64,000 bases of DNA, from contig OZ251226.1 of the NCBI GenBank assembly GCA_965240325.2, positions 248,001-312,000 on the forward strand, given 5' to 3'. The notes beneath the pieces were generated by a model that worked only from the letters and a program-made list of their open reading frames with translations, did no database searches and had not been told where the DNA came from. Within the stretch, counting starts at the first letter, position 1, and every line of letters starts with the position of its first letter. The DNA comes from Rebecca billardiae RCC1528 (Eukaryota; Protista; Haptophyta). Position numbers and translations under genes: made by a program. Positions 1 through 10,859 of the stretch are shown here, one piece after another.

Positions 1-55
1 CACCGCGGGCCCTGAACTACGTTCGTTCTACGGAAAAGGACCGCGGAACGCGGTC
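1..55 (+). mobile_element. 3' end of hairpin-ended element family (truncated by window edge)
   Basis: CACCGCGGGCCC..ACTACGTT..GACCGCG-GAA-CGCGGTC followed by AT; the same end occurs at 14918, 58920, 60381 and (minus) 62010. Confidence 0.8.
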
Positions 56-138
56 ATTTATTGAATAAGACGACTAGTTACACAGCAGGGTAAGGTTTTA
101 TTACAGTATATATAATGGCTGCGTCCACGCGTCCGTGA

Positions 139-250
139 GATATAGATATAGATATAGATATAGATATAGATATAGATATAGATATAGATATAGATATAGA
201 TATAGATATAGATATATAGCTAGATATATATCTATATAGATCGATAGATA
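139..250. repeat. (ATATAG)n microsatellite
   Basis: direct reading. Confidence 0.95.
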
Positions 251-385
251 GTGGTTTGAGGTTGGGTGAGCCCGTGAGCCGGGTGGTGGTTGCAGGTTGG
301 TTGGGGGCTGGCCAGGGTAGGGCTGGAAGCTTCGGCCGCCACTCGCCAGTCTGATCACCCGGAGCCCGTTATACAGGGGAATTTA
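250..385 (-). repeat. interspersed repeat family starting TAAATTCCCC(T)TTATAACGGGCTCCGGGTGATCAGA
   Basis: homologous to 31931-32044, 55735-55845 and 7898-7951. Confidence 0.8.
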
Positions 386-598
386 TTTAGATCGATAGAT
401 AGACGTGACGATTAAGCAGGCTTGAGCTGCGCCGACATGAGTCGTACCCGGCGGGACCGACGAGCTGTCGCCTAGAAGTAGAGTCTGTCGCTCACAATGT
501 CGGCCCTCGCCCGGGCCTCTGCCTCAGCAGCGGCACCGCGGGCAGTACGCGTCTACTACCCTGACGAGAGTCCGCCGCGCGTATAGCTAACGAGAGCG

Positions 599-612
599 GA
601 GAGAGAGAGAGA

Positions 613-672
<60 letters not shown>

Positions 673-689
673 CGAGAGAGAGAGATCTG

Positions 690-788
<99 letters not shown>

Positions 789-790
789 TA
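599..790. repeat. (AG)n + (ATAG)n microsatellites
   Basis: direct reading. Confidence 0.95.
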
Positions 791-1020
791 GTCTTATAGA
801 ACCTTTGAGCGAAACCGATAGTATAGTCGCGTTGTAATCGCCACGTGCAGCATCGCTCGCGGCCGCATCATCGCTATCGTGGCCAAACCTGCCATGCGGC
901 GCAGCGGCGATCCGCGTCCGGCAGAGCAGCGAGCGGAGCGGCGGCCGCATGACACATTCACGCCGGGTGCTGCTGAGTAGCCGGCACCGCCGTGCCCGCC
1001 GCCCTCGCTGTGCCCACGCT

Positions 1021-2655
1021 CTAGCCCTCCCGCGCCGGCCCGTTGTCGCCCTCCTCGTCTGCTAGCATTTCCATCAGCTTCTCGAGCTCGCCCAGGTCGT
1101 CTGTGACGGCCGCCGAGCCGTCGGCCGCCAAGACTGTCCGGCCTGCGCCGCGGCCGGCCGACGGCTGCCCCCCCTGCTGCTCCGCAGCGAGCTTGGCCGC
1201 CGTGGCGACGTCGCCCTCGCCGCCGCCGCCCTCCGCCGCCGCCTCCTTGGACTTCGCCAGCGCGCTCCTGACCAGCTCCCCGAGGTCGATCTCCCGGACC
1301 GCGCCGTCCCCGCCGGCCGCGCCCGCCTGCTGCTGCAGGAACTGCTGCGCGCGCTGCACGTACTGCCCGAGGTCGAGCCCGCCCATGCCGGGCATGTCCG
1401 CCCCCGCGCCGCCCTCCGCGCCCTCGCGCTCTGCGCCGCGCGGCGCGCGGCGCACGCGCGCTGCGCGTGAGCCGCGCCGCGCCGCGCGCGGCCAAGCAGC
1501 CGGCCGACCGCCCGCGTGTGCCGTAGCGCGCGCACGGCACGCACGCACAGCGCGCGCGCGCGCAAGACGGCGCGCGGCGCGCACCCCGCTGGCAGAAGGA
1601 CGAGTCGAGCTCGCACAGCTTCAGCCGGTAGCGCTTGCGCAGGCCGATCTCGAGGATCCCGAGCTCCGCCTTCAGGTCCTCCTCCGCGATGTCCGGCAGC
1701 GTGAGCCCGTCCACCTCGTGCCTGGCGAACGCCTTCTTGTACTTGCCCAGCCCGATGCGGTCGAGCCAGCCGGCGACGTCGTCCGTCGACCACGCGGCGG
1801 CCTCGTCCTCGCGCTTCGGGTTGCGGCAGCCGGGCATGACGGCGCACAGCTTGCGCGCGAAGCGACGCCGCGGCCCGAGCCGCGAGACCCCGAGCCCCGC
1901 CTTCAGCTCGTCCTGCGGCGCGCAGCGCGGCGGTGCGGCGCGAGCGCGAGCGCAATCACTCGAGGGGCGCGGCCATGCGGCAGCGCGTCATGCGATGCAC
2001 GCCCCGCCCGGCTCCTCACGGCGGGCACGCTGCTCGGCGCGCGCCGTCACGCACCTCGTTCAGATCGAGCAGCGCCGGCCCGTCCACGGCGTTCGCCACG
2101 AACTTGGCGCGCACGTCGCCGAAGCCCTCCGCCTTGAGCCAGTCGCCCACCTCCTCGACGGAGAAGGCGCTCACGTTGATCTCGCCCGCCGGGGCGGAGA
2201 GGTCCGGGCGCTCGCAGTCGGGGAGGGCCTCGCACAGGAGCCGGCCGAACTGCTTGCGAGCACTGCAGCGCGCACCACAGCACACCGCGCGCGCGCACAC
2301 ACGCCGGCAAAGACTCAGCGAACCCGGGCGCGCACGCGCAGGCGCGCGGCGGCGGGGTACGGCGGCGCAGGCCTGCGGCGCACCCGACTTTCTTGACACC
2401 CAGCTCCTTCAGCTCCTCCTCGGTGATCTCGCGCAGCGCAGGCCCGTCGATCTCGTTCTTCGCGAACGCCTTCTTGAGATCAGCAAACCCGATCTCGTCG
2501 AGCCAGCCCGCAACGTCCTCGACCGAGCCGACGCCCACGTCTCGCGGCTGCTGCGTGCCGTCCGCGGCGACGGCGACCGACTCGCCGCGTCCGCCTACGG
2601 CGAGCGCGATCACCGCCGCGGCGCGTGCAAACTCAGTGACCGTCCCGCGCGGCAT
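1021..2655 (-). CDS. Protein with putative signal peptide and three SAM domains; exons 2655-2384, 2262-2055, 1912-1585, 1430-1021
   Basis: Three SAM signatures (SVEDVAGWL..IG...F..NEIDGPAL..ITEEELKELGV; FSVEEVGDWL..VDGPAL; WSTDDVAGWL..IGL.KY..F..HEVDGLTL); GTGCG..CAG introns join the frames cleanly. Confidence 0.8.
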
Positions 2656-2889
2656 CCGTGCGCGCGGTCGTGTTCAATCACGATATCACGGCCGGCGGCG
2701 TCGGGACGCGCGGCAAAGCTCAAAGCGATGACGCTGCAGCGCCACTGCGCCAGCTGGAGCAGTGCAGCTGGGCAGCAGGGCTGCAGCGGGTCCGGCGCCC
2801 GCTGCCTGCGTCCGGCAGCGTCGCGGCCGCCGCTGCGCATGCGTGTACGCGCGGCCGACGGCGCTACGCAGCGTGGCACTGGGTGGGTG

Positions 2890-3693
2890 ATGGCGCAGCG
2901 GCTGGCTGCTTGCGCCCGCCGTGCCCTCTCCACGGACGCGCGCCTTCCCTCGCCAAGGCACAACGCGCTCCAGTCGGTGTTCACCGTGGGCGTGCCGGGC
3001 GCTGGAAAAAGCTACGTGCTCGACCGTGTGTACGGCTGGTGGCGGGATCGCGTCCTGCTCGATCTCGACGACGAGATCAAAAGGCACGAGCTCTATGATC
3101 CGCTCGCGCCGCACCTCGTGTACGACAGCGCCGAGGCGTACGCGTGGGCGGACGCGCGCGTCGCGGCGCGCTTTACAAACGCGCTACGCGAGCGCGTGCC
3201 GCGCCGACTGCTCGTGATGGACGGGACGGGCACGAAGGTGTCCTCGCGGGTCGCGCGCATGAAGATGGCGCGCGCGGCCGGATACCACGTCAACATGCTC
3301 TATGTCCGCGTCTCGCTCGACACCGCCCTCGAGCGCAACCGGCAGCGCGCGCGCTCGGTCCCGGAGCGCGCCCTGGTCAATTACTTCCACAGGATCGACA
3401 GGGCGGTGCGCTGCGAGGCGAAGCACTGCGACCAGGTGCACACGGTGGACAACGACTACGAGCGCTCCGCCGACGTCACGCTCACGCTGCCCCACGAGCA
3501 CTCGAAGCTGGGCTGCGTCCTCTACCCCGCGCGCACCATCCCGCGCCCCGTCCTCGACGAGCCGCTCGACGGGCTGGAGGACGCGCCACTGCTGGCAGCG
3601 GCCGCGGGACCGACGCCGAAGCCGGTGGAGCGCGCGCGTGACGAGCGCGGCCGTGTCATCGTGCCCATCGGAATCGGCGGCGACACGGAATAG
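2890..3693 (+). CDS. P-loop kinase, zeta-toxin/AAA_33-like, with putative mitochondrial transit peptide
   Basis: Walker A GVPGAGKS, LLVMDGTG, YVRVSLDTALERNRQRAR; N-terminus MAQRLAACARRALST. Confidence 0.7.
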   Translation: MAQRLAACARRALSTDARLPSPRHNALQSVFTVGVPGAGKSYVLDRVYGWWRDRVLLDLDDEIKRHELYDPLAPHLVYDSAEAYAWADARVAARFTNALRERVPRRLLVMDGTGTKVSSRVARMKMARAAGYHVNMLYVRVSLDTALERNRQRARSVPERALVNYFHRIDRAVRCEAKHCDQVHTVDNDYERSADVTLTLPHEHSKLGCVLYPARTIPRPVLDEPLDGLEDAPLLAAAAGPTPKPVERARDERGRVIVPIGIGGDTE

Positions 3694-4145
3694 CGCTTCG
3701 CGACTACCGCTGATGTCCCGCCTGCCGAGCTGCGAGCACTACGGTCGTCTATCTACGGTCTACCGGGAGCAGCTTGTCAAGATAGACGCCTGTAGTGGGC
3801 CGCCTGTTGGAGCCCTGCATGGCTGCCTTCATATATATATATATATAGTGACAAAGTACGTAGCAGTGATGCTGCATTATAACAGCGCAGTAGTAGCGCA
3901 CGCGACGTCTCTCGTCTCTCTCTCTCTCTCTCTCATCGGACTCTCTCTGCTCTCTCTCTCTCTCGATCTCTCTCTCTCTCTACTCTCTGGCTGGCTCTCT
4001 CTCAATCACTCATGCAATCAGTCCACGACGACTCTGCTGTAGTCATATATGAGTCGTGTCGTCAGACTCACTCAGCTAGTCTCATCCAGCCGCCATCCGC
4101 TGAGCCTGAGGCAGACGACCAAGGATTCTGAGCGGGCTCACAGCC

Positions 4146-7100
4146 TCAGACCCGAGCCGCCCATGCGAGCACGTCCTCCGGCCGGAGGTGCACGCGGCCT
4201 GGGTTGGGCGTGCCATGCGCGTCCGCCGCTGCCAGGTCCGAGCTTTCCTCGAGCTCGATGACGGGCGCGCCGGCTGCGACCAGCTCATCCAGCACCGCGC
4301 GCCGGACCGCGCCGCGCTCGGCGGCCTCGCTCCGGCGCGAGGCTGTGCGCGTGCGCCGACCCCAGCCGGTGACGATGGCGACGGTGCGGACGGCAGCGGT
4401 GCGCGTGCCGCGCGGCTCTGCGCCGGTCTGGGCAGCCAGCCCGCCGTCGGGGGGCGCGGCGTCGGTGGCGTCGGGTGCGTCCCCGTCGGCGGCGGCAGCG
4501 GCCGCGCCGAGTTGCGGCGCGGGCAGCTGGTGCCCGCCGCACGCGCCCGCCGCGAGCTGCCGCCGCCACCAGCGCAGCGCGCCGATGGCGGCGCCCGCTG
4601 AGAGTGAGTGGAGATCGAGCACCAGATCCAGATCGAGCCCGAGATCGCCCACGCCCGCGCCACCGCCCTGCGCGGGCGTGGGCGCAGCTGCGGCGCCCGG
4701 CGGCGTGCGGGCGGCGGGCTCGCGCCCAGCCGGCTGCTGAGATACCGTGCCCGCTTGAGATACCGTGCCCGCTTCCGTGCCGTCCGCGCGCTGCGCCGGC
4801 GCCGCGGGCGCGCCGGCGGCGGGCAGCGCGTGCGCAAAGCCTGAGTACACGCCGGTCGCCACGGCGTGCTCGAAGACGCGATCGAGCACGTCGAGCGGGC
4901 GGCGCGCTCCCGCCGCCGCCGCCTCGTGCGCGTCGCCCTCCCCCGAGCCCGCGCCCGCGCGCGCGCCCGCGCGCCGCGCCGGCCGCCCGGCGCCGCCGAG
5001 CGCGCCCACGAGCTCCGCGCCCAGCGAAGCGTCGTTGCGCGCGCGCCACAGGGCCTCGCACAGCTGGTTGTAAGAGACGGCGTCCGGCCGCGGCGCGTGT
5101 CCGGCGCGCGCGGCGGCGAGCATGCGCGCGAACGTGCGCACGCCCGCGTGCCGCGCGCGCGCGCTCGCCCCGCGCGCCTGCGCGCCGAGCAGCGCGTTCC
5201 ACGCCGCCGCGGTCGGTCTGAGGCCCTCCCGTGAGACCATCCGATCGAAGAGCTCCTCCGCTCGGGCGCACGCGCCGCGCCCGCCGGCGCGGGCGCACGC
5301 GCTGATGGCGAGCGCGTACGTGTCCGCGTCGCGGCGCACGCCGTCGCCCTCCATCCGCAGGAACACCTTGAGCGCCGCCTCCCACTCCGCCGCGCGCTCG
5401 CACGCGCCGAGCGCCGCGTTGTACGTGATGGTTGCGCTCGCGCGCTCGGCGAGTGCGGGCGGCGGCGCGGCGCGCGCGGCCGCCTCGAGGCTCGAGCCGA
5501 GCTCGAGCGCGCTCGGCGCGTCGGCGGTGGCGAGGGGCTCGTCGAGCAGGCGCAGCGCGACGCGCCACTGCCCCGCGCGCGCGCACGCCGTCACCGCCGA
5601 GGTGAGCGTCTGCCAGTTGGGCGGCACGCCCGCGCCGCGCATCCTCGACAGCAGAGACAGCGCAAGCGACCAATCAGAAGCGGCCGCGGCCGCGCCCACT
5701 GCGGCGCCGTACGACTCGACGCCCGGGGCGAGGTCCTGCGCGCGGGAGGGGCGCGCGGAGGCGCGCTGCCGCCGGCGCGCGTGCCCGCCGCGCGCAGCCT
5801 CCGCCTCCGCCTCGGCGCTCGCGGCCGCGCGCCGCTCCGCGCCCGGAGCGGCGCCGCCTTGGGCCTCCGCGGCCGCGCGCGCGGCCGCCGCCTCCTGCGC
5901 GCTCAGAACGGCGAGGGCGGCGCCAACCTCGGCGGAGGCGGCGCACGCGCCGATCGCGCTCGAGAAGCTCGCGCCGGTGGGCCGCGGCGCGCGCAGGGCG
6001 GCCGAGTGCCGCCGCCGCGCCCGCTCGCCCACGGCCTCGGCCGCGCCCGCCGCTGCCGCGCTCGGCCGCGTCGCGCGCGCCGGCGCAGGCGCGCCGACAA
6101 GCCAGCAGCGCGCGCGCGCGATGGCCGCGACCGCGGCCGCGTCGACCTCGCGGACGGGGAGGTGCAGCCCGTCGGTTGCGCGCGCAGGCGCGCCCGCGCC
6201 GGCGTGCTGCATCTCGGCCCCGCCTCCGCCCGGCGCTCCCCCCGCCGCGAAAGGGCCCGTGCCTGCGAACGCCCCTGCCGCCAGCCGCAGGGGCAGCGCC
6301 TCAGCCGCGCGCATCGACTCCAGCAAGCGCACCGCCGCGCGCCATGCGCCCGCGTGCCCAAGCGCGGCGATGGCGAGGTTGCAGCTCGTGCTGTCGGGCT
6401 GCGGCCGCGCGGCCGAGGCCGAGGCCAGCTCGACCATCGCCCCGAAGAGGCTGAGCACATCGAGGGCGCCAGCCAACTTGCCGGAAGCGGCCGGCGCGCC
6501 GGCAGGGGCAGGCGACACCGCCGCGCGCGCCGCCGACGATGCGCCGTGTGCTGGCGCAGCGGAGGGCGCGCGCGCCGCCTCCGAGTCGTGGCCGTTACAG
6601 GCCATGAGCGCGCTCATCGCCGCGTTCCAGCCCACCGTGCCCGCGAGCTGCGTCACGCTCGGCCCGTCCGCCCCGCCGCGCGCGCCCGGCAGCGCGCGCG
6701 CCCCCAGCAGCGAGCTGAGAACGGCGGCGCGCGCGCGCGCACGCCCAAACGCACCGATCGCCGCAGAGCGCGTCCACGCGTCGGCTCGCACGCCGGATGC
6801 GCGCATGTGCGCGAGCACGCGGCGCACGTCCGCCGCGTCCGCGCACACGCCTAGCACCGCGCTCCACGGCTGCGCGTCGATGTGCTGCCCATCGGCGGCG
6901 GCGCTCGTGGCACCGCCCTGCCCCGCGCCCTCCTCGGCGCCGCGCCCGCTCGGCGCGCCGGCGCCATCCGAGCGGCCGCTCGCGCGGGCGCCTTCGACGT
7001 ACCAGTCGAGCGCGGTGATGGCGTCGTCGAGCTGGCCAGCGCGCGCGCACGCGCGCGCCGCGCACGTCGCGCACGCGCGGTTGAGCAGCAGGCCAGCCGC

Positions 7101-7526
7101 GCGCATGCGGTGCGCGTGGCCGAGAGCGCCGGCGGCGTCACCCGCCACCTCGCTCGCGCGGATCAGAGCTCCGTAGGTGGCCTCGCTCGGGCGCACGCCG
7201 GCGGCCAGCGCGGCGTCGGCGAGCGTGTGCGCGCGCTCACTCTGCCCCGCGGCGGCCAGCGCGCCGAGCGCCAGGTTGCACTCGTACGTGCTCGGCCGGC
7301 TGCCCTTGCCGAGCGCGGTGCGCACGAGCGCTTCGCACTCCTCCCACTCACCGCGCGCCTTGAGCGCGCCGAGCTCGGCCGCACGCGCGCTCGGGGTGTG
7401 CGCGCGCACGTCTGCGCAGCGCGGCGCCACGCGACGCACGCGCGCCGATGCTCGTGCCGTTGGGACCCGGCCGGGCGTGCCTGTGAGGGAGCAAGCCGCA
7501 AAGACGGCCACGAGGACCGCCGCCAT
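4146..7526 (-). CDS. PPR-SMR protein, probably plastid-targeted
   Basis: Many PPR motifs (TYNAALGACERAAEWEAAL..F..M..GV..DADTY...ISACAR); C-terminal Smr signature LDLHSLS..IVTGWG..NPGRV; hydrophobic N-terminus from ATG 7526. Confidence 0.85.
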   Translation of the reverse strand: MAAVLVAVFAACSLTGTPGRVPTARASARVRRVAPRCADVRAHTPSARAAELGALKARGEWEECEALVRTALGKGSRPSTYECNLALGALAAAGQSERAHTLADAALAAGVRPSEATYGALIRASEVAGDAAGALGHAHRMRAAGLLLNRACATCAARACARAGQLDDAITALDWYVEGARASGRSDGAGAPSGRGAEEGAGQGGATSAAADGQHIDAQPWSAVLGVCADAADVRRVLAHMRASGVRADAWTRSAAIGAFGRARARAAVLSSLLGARALPGARGGADGPSVTQLAGTVGWNAAMSALMACNGHDSEAARAPSAAPAHGASSAARAAVSPAPAGAPAASGKLAGALDVLSLFGAMVELASASAARPQPDSTSCNLAIAALGHAGAWRAAVRLLESMRAAEALPLRLAAGAFAGTGPFAAGGAPGGGGAEMQHAGAGAPARATDGLHLPVREVDAAAVAAIARARCWLVGAPAPARATRPSAAAAGAAEAVGERARRRHSAALRAPRPTGASFSSAIGACAASAEVGAALAVLSAQEAAAARAAAEAQGGAAPGAERRAAASAEAEAEAARGGHARRRQRASARPSRAQDLAPGVESYGAAVGAAAAASDWSLALSLLSRMRGAGVPPNWQTLTSAVTACARAGQWRVALRLLDEPLATADAPSALELGSSLEAAARAAPPPALAERASATITYNAALGACERAAEWEAALKVFLRMEGDGVRRDADTYALAISACARAGGRGACARAEELFDRMVSREGLRPTAAAWNALLGAQARGASARARHAGVRTFARMLAAARAGHAPRPDAVSYNQLCEALWRARNDASLGAELVGALGGAGRPARRAGARAGAGSGEGDAHEAAAAGARRPLDVLDRVFEHAVATGVYSGFAHALPAAGAPAAPAQRADGTEAGTVSQAGTVSQQPAGREPAARTPPGAAAAPTPAQGGGAGVGDLGLDLDLVLDLHSLSAGAAIGALRWWRRQLAAGACGGHQLPAPQLGAAAAAADGDAPDATDAAPPDGGLAAQTGAEPRGTRTAAVRTVAIVTGWGRRTRTASRRSEAAERGAVRRAVLDELVAAGAPVIELEESSDLAAADAHGTPNPGRVHLRPEDVLAWAARV

Positions 7527-7679
7527 CGTGGGCCCACGTCCTGCCGCTGCGGCCGCAAAGGCCAGCATCAAGCAAATAAAATCAGCAGAAGATCGAAGCA
7601 GCGAAAATGTTAAATGCATGACCCTCCCGCGGTGCCACTTGGCTGACGCTGTCTGTGTCACGTGCGACATACACTTTAC

Positions 7680-7951
7680 TATGTTTTAATGTGCACACTT
7701 GGTTAAGGCGTGATTGACGCCATCCAACACTGCACTTAAAGACACCGCCAAAAAACAGACCGGCGCAGGCAGGTGAGGGGCCGCGCGCTGCCGCACCTCA
7801 GACGAGGCGGCCATTGCAGCAAGCGGCCGCCCCGCGCTCGGCCAGGCACGCGCTCGAGTTGACTAAGATCGAGTTAATTAACGTGCACACTTCTGACACT
7901 TCGGCCGCCGGTCTGATCACCCGAAGCCCGTTATAAATCAAGGGGAATTTA
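7680..7951 (-). repeat. degenerate interspersed repeat
   Basis: 7745-7858 matches 54110-54215 and 15530-15640 (rc); 7898-7951 matches the TTATAACGGGCT family. Confidence 0.65.
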
Positions 7952-8513
7952 TCACTTATTGGTTCTGTCCGGCGGGCGTGATTGACGCGGCCATCCAACA
8001 GGCTGAGGCCTGAGTCTGATGACACTGCACAAAGACACCAGACACACCAGTCACTATGGGGGTACACGATTCACGAAGCCCACTCACTCCACAGTGTCCA
8101 TCACAGTAACTAGCGCGCTGGGCCAAGCCCAAGTGGCAGTGCTGCGCTGGGCGGGCGGGGCCGCGCCCGGCAGAAATGGGCGAGTTACTATATATATAGC
8201 TATTATAAGGCCCGCATATATATATATATAATACATATAGAGGATTACTGAGTCCCCGTTATACTCGACTCTGTAGCCTCTGACGCGTCCCGCGTCGGTC
8301 AGTAGACAGTAGTCAGAGACAGGCTTCACATCGGAGTGACACTCCGCCACGCGGACGGCGCCAAAGGCGAATGCCGATCCGAATAATGATCATCTGGTGA
8401 CTGCGCAGCTCAGCAGTGGGCCAAATCAGACATCAGATCATCACACTGCTGATCATGCAGCGAACAAGAAACCAGGACCGCTTGCAAACAGTTCTAAGTA
8501 TTAGTAGTGGGAC

Positions 8514-9067
8514 TCAAGGTCTTCCCAAGTCGCCAGGCTGAGCGTACGAAGTGGTCTTCCCGCTTGCCGCGGCGTTGGTAATGTTCGACAGCTCCTTGTC
8601 AATGCATGCCATCGTTTTCAGCAGCTCTGCCTTGAGCTCACGCCTGCACTCGTCCGGTTTCTGCGGCGATCGCGCGCGCGCGTCACGTGTTGACGCTTGA
8701 GGCCAGCGTGAGGTCGCGGGGCGGCAAGGGGGGGGCGAGGGCAATCGCGGCGCACGGCGCGAGTGTACCTTGACCAGCATGAACACCTCTGACGGGTCGA
8801 CGAGCTCTCCAACGAGTTCACTGAGGTCCTGCAGCTGCCGTGCCTCGGGCGAGAAGGGCTTGAAGACACCCTTCCAATTCTGTCGAGCGCGGCGGAGGGC
8901 ACGCCAGCGCGTGTGATCAGCGTCGCCCTCGCACAGCACGCGTGGCGATCTGGCTGCGGGCGAGCGAGAGCGCCGGCGCGCACTGTCTCCTGACGCTGCC
9001 ATTGCCGGCGGATGTTCTTCTCCTTGGTCAGCAGCTCATCCCATATGATGGCCTCGCGCGTGTTCAT
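8514..9067 (-). CDS. small (~113 aa) protein with 2 introns (8983-8880, 8768-8661); weak resemblance to ciliary LLC1/C20orf85-type N-terminus
   Basis: GT..AG introns give MNTREAIIWDELLTKEKNIRRQWQRQET/NWKGVF.../KPDECRRELKAEL...; product guess from IW..E...W..NW pattern only. Confidence 0.55.
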
Positions 9068-9208
9068 CGCGCCGTCGGCGGCACGCCTGGAGTGCTCCTC
9101 TCGGGACCACCCTGGCCGTGGCCGTGGCCGGCTGAAACGGAAAAATGGCGGACGCGCCGGCAGTCCGGCAAGGGTTTACTGCATCAAAGTCCGTGGCGGC
9201 GCGAATCC

Positions 9209-10717
9209 ATGGCGCGGCGACGGTGCCTGCTCGTGCTGGTGGTCGCGCTATGCGCTGACGCCACCAAATCGCATGCACTGGTACCATCCGACCCTTTGCG
9301 CGATTCCCCGCGGGCACTCCCGCCCAAACGCCGCAGGCACGGCCTGCCGCTGCCGTTCCCGCGGACGGAGCGCGCCGCGCTCCTTCACATCCACGCGCGC
9401 AAGATGTGTGGCACGTCGCTGCGCGTCACGATGAAGGGCGCCGCGAATGGCGTGGAGAACGGCGGCGAGTGGACCATGCCGTCGAAGGTGAAGTGCTTCA
9501 GCTTCAGACGGAGCCGCAAGCTCGTCGCCAACGCCACGTACACAAGTGCACACCCACACCTGTACATTGAGTTCCACTGCGACATGCCGCACCTGCAGAC
9601 GCGGCCGAGCTCGTCGGCCAGCCGCACCCGCGAGGCGCTCATGCAGCTCGGCTTCAAAGTGGCGACTGTCACGCTGCTCCGCAACCCGCTCACCCTCGTC
9701 CCCTCCTTCTACTTCTACTTTGGGCCGGGCCGCCCCGTGCGCGCCGTGGCGCGGGCGAACGTGACGACACTGACCGGCTTTGTGCGCGCGCACGCTGAGA
9801 TCACACTGTGCGAGCTGTGGGGCTTCCGCACGCTGTGCTCGGACCCGCTGTCGTACGCCACGCAGCTCCGCGCGAGCGCGCAGGCGTCGCGCGCCCCAGG
9901 GCCTGGCACGGCCGACCCGGCCACCAGCGGCGCCGCGGTAGCCGCCACTGCGGGCGGCAGCGCGGGCTCCAGCTCGCTGGCAGCCGGACTGCCCAAGGCC
10001 ATCCTTGCCGCGCTGCCGTCGAGCGTGCGCGCCGACGCGGAGGAGCTCGGCCGCGGCGGCTACCCGCTCAGCGTGACGCGCCCGTTCTCCAGCTTCCTGC
10101 GCACGTGCGCGGCGCGGTTTGGCCAGCTCACGTCCAAGTGCGGCGTCGGCCCGAGCGGGCGCGACCTGCGCATGGGCGAGTTCGAGTACTTGCACTGCGC
10201 GCCCGACGCGTACCTGGCGCTGATCGACGTGCAGACGGCGTGGGCGCGGTACGTGCGCGCCGTGCACGCCGCCGACCGCTCGGTGTGCGACGAGGCCGAG
10301 GCGATGATGGACCGCGTGCTCGGCGCGCTCGACGTGGTGGGCACGTGTGAGCGGTGGGACGCCTCTTTCCTGCTGATGGCGCAGGCGCTGGGCATACAGA
10401 ACGCTCCGCCCACCGGCGCGAGGGGCGTGGCACGGCAGCGGCACAGCGGGACGCAGGACGCAGAGGCGCGCGCGGCCATGGGCATCGCGGAGAACGAAGC
10501 GTGCGCGATGCGCATCTACGCTGCATGGGCGCGCAGGCTCGATCAAACGATCGAGCAGCAGGGCGACACCTTCCGCGCGGCGGCGGCCATGCTGCGCACG
10601 GCGGAGGAGGCCATGCAGCGCAAGTTCCGCACGGCGGAGGAAGTCATGCAGCGCAAGCTCCGCCGAAGGGACGGCGTCCACGTCGTCCGAGGGCCCCTGC
10701 CGATCGTCGCAGGATGA
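9209..10717 (+). CDS. secretory-pathway sulfotransferase (Sulfotransfer_2/Gal3ST-like)
   Basis: signal/TM N-terminus; 5'-PSB HARKMCGTS; 3'-PB TLLRNP...S; DVVGTCERWDASF. Confidence 0.75.
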   Translation: MARRRCLLVLVVALCADATKSHALVPSDPLRDSPRALPPKRRRHGLPLPFPRTERAALLHIHARKMCGTSLRVTMKGAANGVENGGEWTMPSKVKCFSFRRSRKLVANATYTSAHPHLYIEFHCDMPHLQTRPSSSASRTREALMQLGFKVATVTLLRNPLTLVPSFYFYFGPGRPVRAVARANVTTLTGFVRAHAEITLCELWGFRTLCSDPLSYATQLRASAQASRAPGPGTADPATSGAAVAATAGGSAGSSSLAAGLPKAILAALPSSVRADAEELGRGGYPLSVTRPFSSFLRTCAARFGQLTSKCGVGPSGRDLRMGEFEYLHCAPDAYLALIDVQTAWARYVRAVHAADRSVCDEAEAMMDRVLGALDVVGTCERWDASFLLMAQALGIQNAPPTGARGVARQRHSGTQDAEARAAMGIAENEACAMRIYAAWARRLDQTIEQQGDTFRAAAAMLRTAEEAMQRKFRTAEEVMQRKLRRRDGVHVVRGPLPIVAG

Positions 10718-10859
10718 CGATGGCTTTCGCGAGATGATCTTAAGCTGTACTCAAACTGATATGTACTTTCCAGTCTGTACCACGTCTACCACAGTACAGT
10801 ACAAGTGTTACAATGTAGCCCGGCCTGTCCCAGTATCCATCCACATATTACACGGTACG

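Noticed and set aside
101-950. YLYL/SIYL/LSLS ORFs
   Set aside because: Translations of microsatellites
4188-7689. Long antisense ORFs over PPR, ALDH, sulfotransferase and other genes
   Set aside because: Expected from high GC3 codon bias; no motifs
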